NCBI GenBank assembly: GCA_012295275.1
Contig: CM022665.1
Location: 2,170,001-2,234,000 of the forward strand
Length of the DNA stretch: 64,000 nucleotides
Source of the DNA: Chrysomallon squamiferum
Taxonomy: Eukaryota > Animalia > Mollusca
Reading direction: 5' to 3'
In this document: one piece after another, positions 60,098-64,000 of the stretch
Numbering within the stretch: the first letter of the stretch is position 1
How the letters are laid out: each line of letters starts with the position of its first letter
Translations under genes and position numbers: made by a program
Notes under the pieces: model-generated
What the model was told of the DNA's origin: nothing
The model's input: only the letters and a program-made list of their open reading frames with translations
Databases searched by the model: none

Positions 60098-61461
60098 AAT
60101 AGTTATATTTTATTTCAGAAACCCTTCTTACCTAAAACATAACTCGCTCCTGTTGTATTACTTTTTTTAATTTTTTATTACTCGTTGTTTGGGATTACAA
60201 TTATCATTATTTCTCTTCATGCTGTTGTTGTTGTTGTTTTTGTATTGATGTTGTTGTAGTGATGATGGTTGTGACGTTAGTGACGTTGGTGCTGAATATT
60301 TTGAATTTAATTCTTTATTTGGATTCTGAATAACCACGTGTTGATTTTCTTGTCTGTTTACTACTAGCGAAACAGCTTGAATACGGAAGTAACAAGTATC
60401 TATCAGATTACAAAATGCAGAACAATTCAACGGTATGTGTAGTGTTGAGGCTGCCAGGAGGCTCTGGAGAAGATTACTCGCTTAAACAGCTGGACGAAGA
60501 CGCACCACGGTCTGATGAGCCAGATATGATTACACTGGACGACGATCCCAATAATGAACGAGCACAGATGCCATGTGGCCATGCCATCGGTAAGAAACGA
60601 AAATAACAGATTTGTGGTTTTACACAATGATGATGATGATGATGATGATGATTATAAACGATTATGTAAATAATAATATTTATGACGATGATGATACGTC
60701 TCTTTATTCTTACCTGTTCATTCAGATTATGATATTTTTCTATTTGTTTGGTTAGAACAGCTAAAACTGTCACTCACACATTATACACTTTTCATTAATA
60801 TTTGTCATTCGTCTTTATAGGCCCAGAATCCTTAACAGCATTTTGCCGAAGTCTCCTTGATGCTGGAAAGTTCCAGTTTCTATGTCCTTACAGAAACAAC
60901 AATGAATACTGCGGCAAAGAATGGCCTTTCTTCATTGTTAGGCGCCTGGCAGTTTTGACCGAAGGAGAAATTATCACATTTGAAAGGAAACTCTGTGAAA
61001 ACTACATTCGCAAAGCAGTGGGGATTCAGGAATGTCCACGGTGTCATTGCCTTTGCGAGCGAATCGACAAAACCAACCGCCGAGTCATCTGCACGTTTTG
61101 CTCCAGAAAGGGAACTCGTTTTGAATTCTGCTGGTCATGCCTGCATGAGTGGACCGGGAGTGGAACAGATGTATGTGGCAACGATGAATGCTCCGGAGAA
61201 GATCCCCGTCTGAGCATTCTTCGCAAAGCATCGAAGAAAACTATCGTTGGTGTGGCTAACTGTCCCTCGTGTCGAGCCTGCCCATCCTGCGGAATGATAA
61301 TAGAGCACACGAAAGCCTGCAAACATATGGTATGTCCATGTGGCCAGAAGTTCTGCTTCATCTGTTTGAAAAAGGCTGATGAAGATGGTCGGTATCAGTG
61401 TGGATCCTTCAATACGCCTTGTTCTGTTGCTGCAGTCCAAGAGTCAATACCAGGCTGTTAA
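59394..61461 (+). CDS. Ubiquitin-like domain (ends LRLPGG) fused to RBR-type E3 ubiquitin ligase (degenerate RING1-IBR-RING2); intact copy 3, 341 aa
   Basis: Exons 59394-59474, 59901-59982, 60368-60589 and 60821-61461 all have GT-AG boundaries and compatible phases (0,1,1), totalling 1026 nt. The N-terminus (YNVFVKGIEGKTRTLQIHKDATVDELMQKI...KQLEYGSNKYLSDYKMQNNSTVCVVLRLPGG) aligns with ubiquitin. It is followed by MPCGHA...CPY...C (RING1 remnant), an IBR (CPRC..C..C..FCWSCLHEW) and RING2 (CPSCGMIIEHTKACKHMVCPCGQKFCFIC) with the RBR catalytic C-x-H. Confidence 0.88.
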
Positions 61462-64000
61462 CATCGAGTACATAGCTCAACATTTGACTTTCGATCCACG
61501 AACTTGTAGAAATTGTTTTTACTAACAAATTAAATTCATTTATGACACTTTTATAATAATAATAATAATAATAATTATAATAATTATAATGTTTATTACT
61601 ATGATGATTTATTAAAAGTAAATAACTTAAGATAAAGGTATAGTATGTAGAAATATTGGTGTATAGCAAGTTCACTTACTTATATCCTTGTTTCTTTAGT
61701 TTTCTGAATGCTTATTGCTTGCTTCAAATAAAAATAGATAAATCAGTATCTTGGACTTTTCGTTTTTAAATTACAAAAAGCAGGATTTATTTTTAATGGA
61801 ACTGACGTCAGAGGTTCATTGGTTACACTTCTAGTCAGACGTCGTGTTAGTTTTGTAACCGCAGTAGAAAATAATCGACTCTTTTCCACTAATGGGATAC
61901 GTGTTTTACTGAAAGAAAAGTAAAGCTGAACAGTGACTTGTTCTAAATGATTCTAACACATGGCTGATTTAACATACGTTGTAGAAAATTAGCTTGTGTA
62001 CAATGTCCCATTCAGAATTAGATTCATTGTAAAGGGACTGTATCTTGGTGACTACTCCTAGTTATTCGTGTTCAAGCTTCAGATTTTCATCTGTATCTCT
62101 CAAAACGTTCCCTGTAACTAATAATATCTGTCTACCCATCTATCCAACCACACACACATACATATAAAACTAACACATAAAATGATGTGGACTTAAAACA
62201 CATTAAAATAAAACCAGATCTTGAGTGATCTGTGCATACGCTGCCCCTTCCCCACGGAAAACCTATATCAGCGCACATTGATTAAAAACTTGGTTTCGAT
62301 ATCATCCATAGGACAGGAGACAGACTCATTTTAATTTAAAAAATAATAATAATCAATAAATAAATAAATCAAATAATGAATGAATGAATGAATGAATACA
62401 AATTAATTCAAAAAAGCAAAATACGAAATCCCCAAATCCCCCCCTTCAAAACTCCCCAAAAGAACGTTGAGGTATTGACATTTTCCAGTTCTGTTTAACA
62501 CATAAATTTTCAAATATTATAAATAATATTGGTAGTATTTAAAATAAATAAATTAATAATTAAAAAAAATTAAATTAAATTAAATAACCACCGGAAAACC
62601 CGATTTCTATAATTAACTATTTAGTTACGATAACAGTGTTGTTGTTTACGTTAGTGACCTAATCTTACAGCAACGATTATGTTCGATATACGTAACAATT
62701 GTGAGTCATCAAGTGGAAAACCCACAATACTCAAAATAAAAACAAGTCATCTGGCCATCTTCCAAGTCATGATCTGTATGATAAAATTAATAAGTTTTAG
62801 CTAATTTATCAGACAAGTCAGAGCAAGTTTCTATCTCACTCTCTTTATTTATTTATTTAGTTATTTATTATTTTTAATGGGTTTTTTCTTTCTTTCTTTT
62901 CTTGTTTTAGTGTTTTTTTGGTAGGTTTTTTTTTTTAGTTTTTTCCCTCTCATATTTATTTATTTATTTATTTATTATTTGGTAAAGCAGGCGACACGAA
63001 ATAAATAAATTGGGAGAATGGGGGAACTTTGGTTCATAATAAAATATATGTTATATGTAAAATAAAATTATATTCACAATTAATCAGTCAATGTATAGAT
63101 AGTAACACACGCACACGCACACACGCAAACTTTAAAGCTAAGACATAAAACGACTGTGGATTGAAAATACATTAAAATAAATTTCATGTCTCAGATCTTG
63201 ATGATCCTTGAATACAATGCCCCTTCCCCACGGAAAACCTCTATTCTGAGTGGCTAATTTAACATACGTTGTATATACACACACGCACACACAAACACTA
63301 ATATACATATTCTCTGAAATATACATGTGTAATTATATATAAATACTGTCAACAACTGTCATATACGTGTATAAAAAATATACATCAGGTATGTAGCTAC
63401 ATTAAATACAATAAAACAAAACACTCGTTTCTATTTCGTCGATCAGTAATGGAACTTAATAACGTTAATGTTCCTTAATTGTAGTTTCTAGAAATTTATC
63501 TTCAGTTGTTTAGCCTGATTTTCAGACTCTACGAAACTGTAGACCTACAAAAAGTCGATTTACAATAACAAAAATAATTTAAAAAAAAAGAAAGAAAAAA
63601 GCCTTCTCTGAATATAAATAATTAGCTTTTTTAAGAGCGAAAATGTATATTTATGTTGAAACGTTTCCACTGATTTATTGCCATTTTACATTTATCAATA
63701 TTATATAACGCTAAATAAATTTACCTCACAGGTAATGTTCGTCTAGAATCTAGACTCTAGATGCTTGGATGCATACAGAACACAAAACGTTATTTGAAAC
63801 TAATGAAAAGCAAAAATTCTAATCGTACATTAAGACATGATCACTGATTTATAAAACTGATTCCTTCTTCTTTCACACAATGAAGAAATACAACAACTTT
63901 CAGTCTCACTAAAATATTCAAATACAGATGTGGTAAGACCTTAAGCTAGTTATTTAAATTTATTTATTTATTGCTGTTTATATATTAATAAAATCTGAGA

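Noticed and set aside
59394-61461. Naming the gene Parkin, HOIL-1, ARIH or RNF19
   Set aside because: It lacks RING0, NZF, Ariadne and transmembrane regions and its RING1 is degenerate, so orthology cannot be supported.
61450-61461. C-terminal Cys (IPGC) as a prenylation signal
   Set aside because: Does not fit CaaX, CC or CXC.
61803-61810. Perfect CRE (TGACGTCA) downstream of all three copies
   Set aside because: The recurrence is explained by duplication, and a single 8-mer is not evidence of function.

Overview
AT-rich, microsatellite-laden, intron-containing animal DNA. It is most likely lophotrochozoan, probably a mollusc; this is inferred from domain repertoire and repeats only. 1-37 kb: no convincing host coding exons. 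There are CpG-richer islands between simple repeats (possible enhancers) and decayed transposon remnants (Tc1-like, Ginger/KRBA2-type integrase, possible LINE). 37.7-44.1 kb: a 5-exon gene for a predicted secreted 337-aa protein (signal peptide, PAN/apple, small Cys module, two sushi/CCP domains, chitin-binding type-2 domain). 43.5-64 kb: a young tandem array with a 5-7 kb period that runs off the right edge. Each unit carries a 4-exon gene for a ubiquitin-like domain ending in Gly-Gly fused to an RBR-type E3 ligase (degenerate RING1, IBR, catalytic RING2). One copy is intact (59394-61461). The other two have complementary domain deletions. The intact copy has a compact IRF/NF-kB/ATF-like motif cluster upstream, and the Ubl exon is hypervariable and appears swapped between paralogs. 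The best candidate for a novel system is this possibly immune-inducible Ubl-plus-own-E3 fusion array. Exon models were built by eye and no database searches were run.
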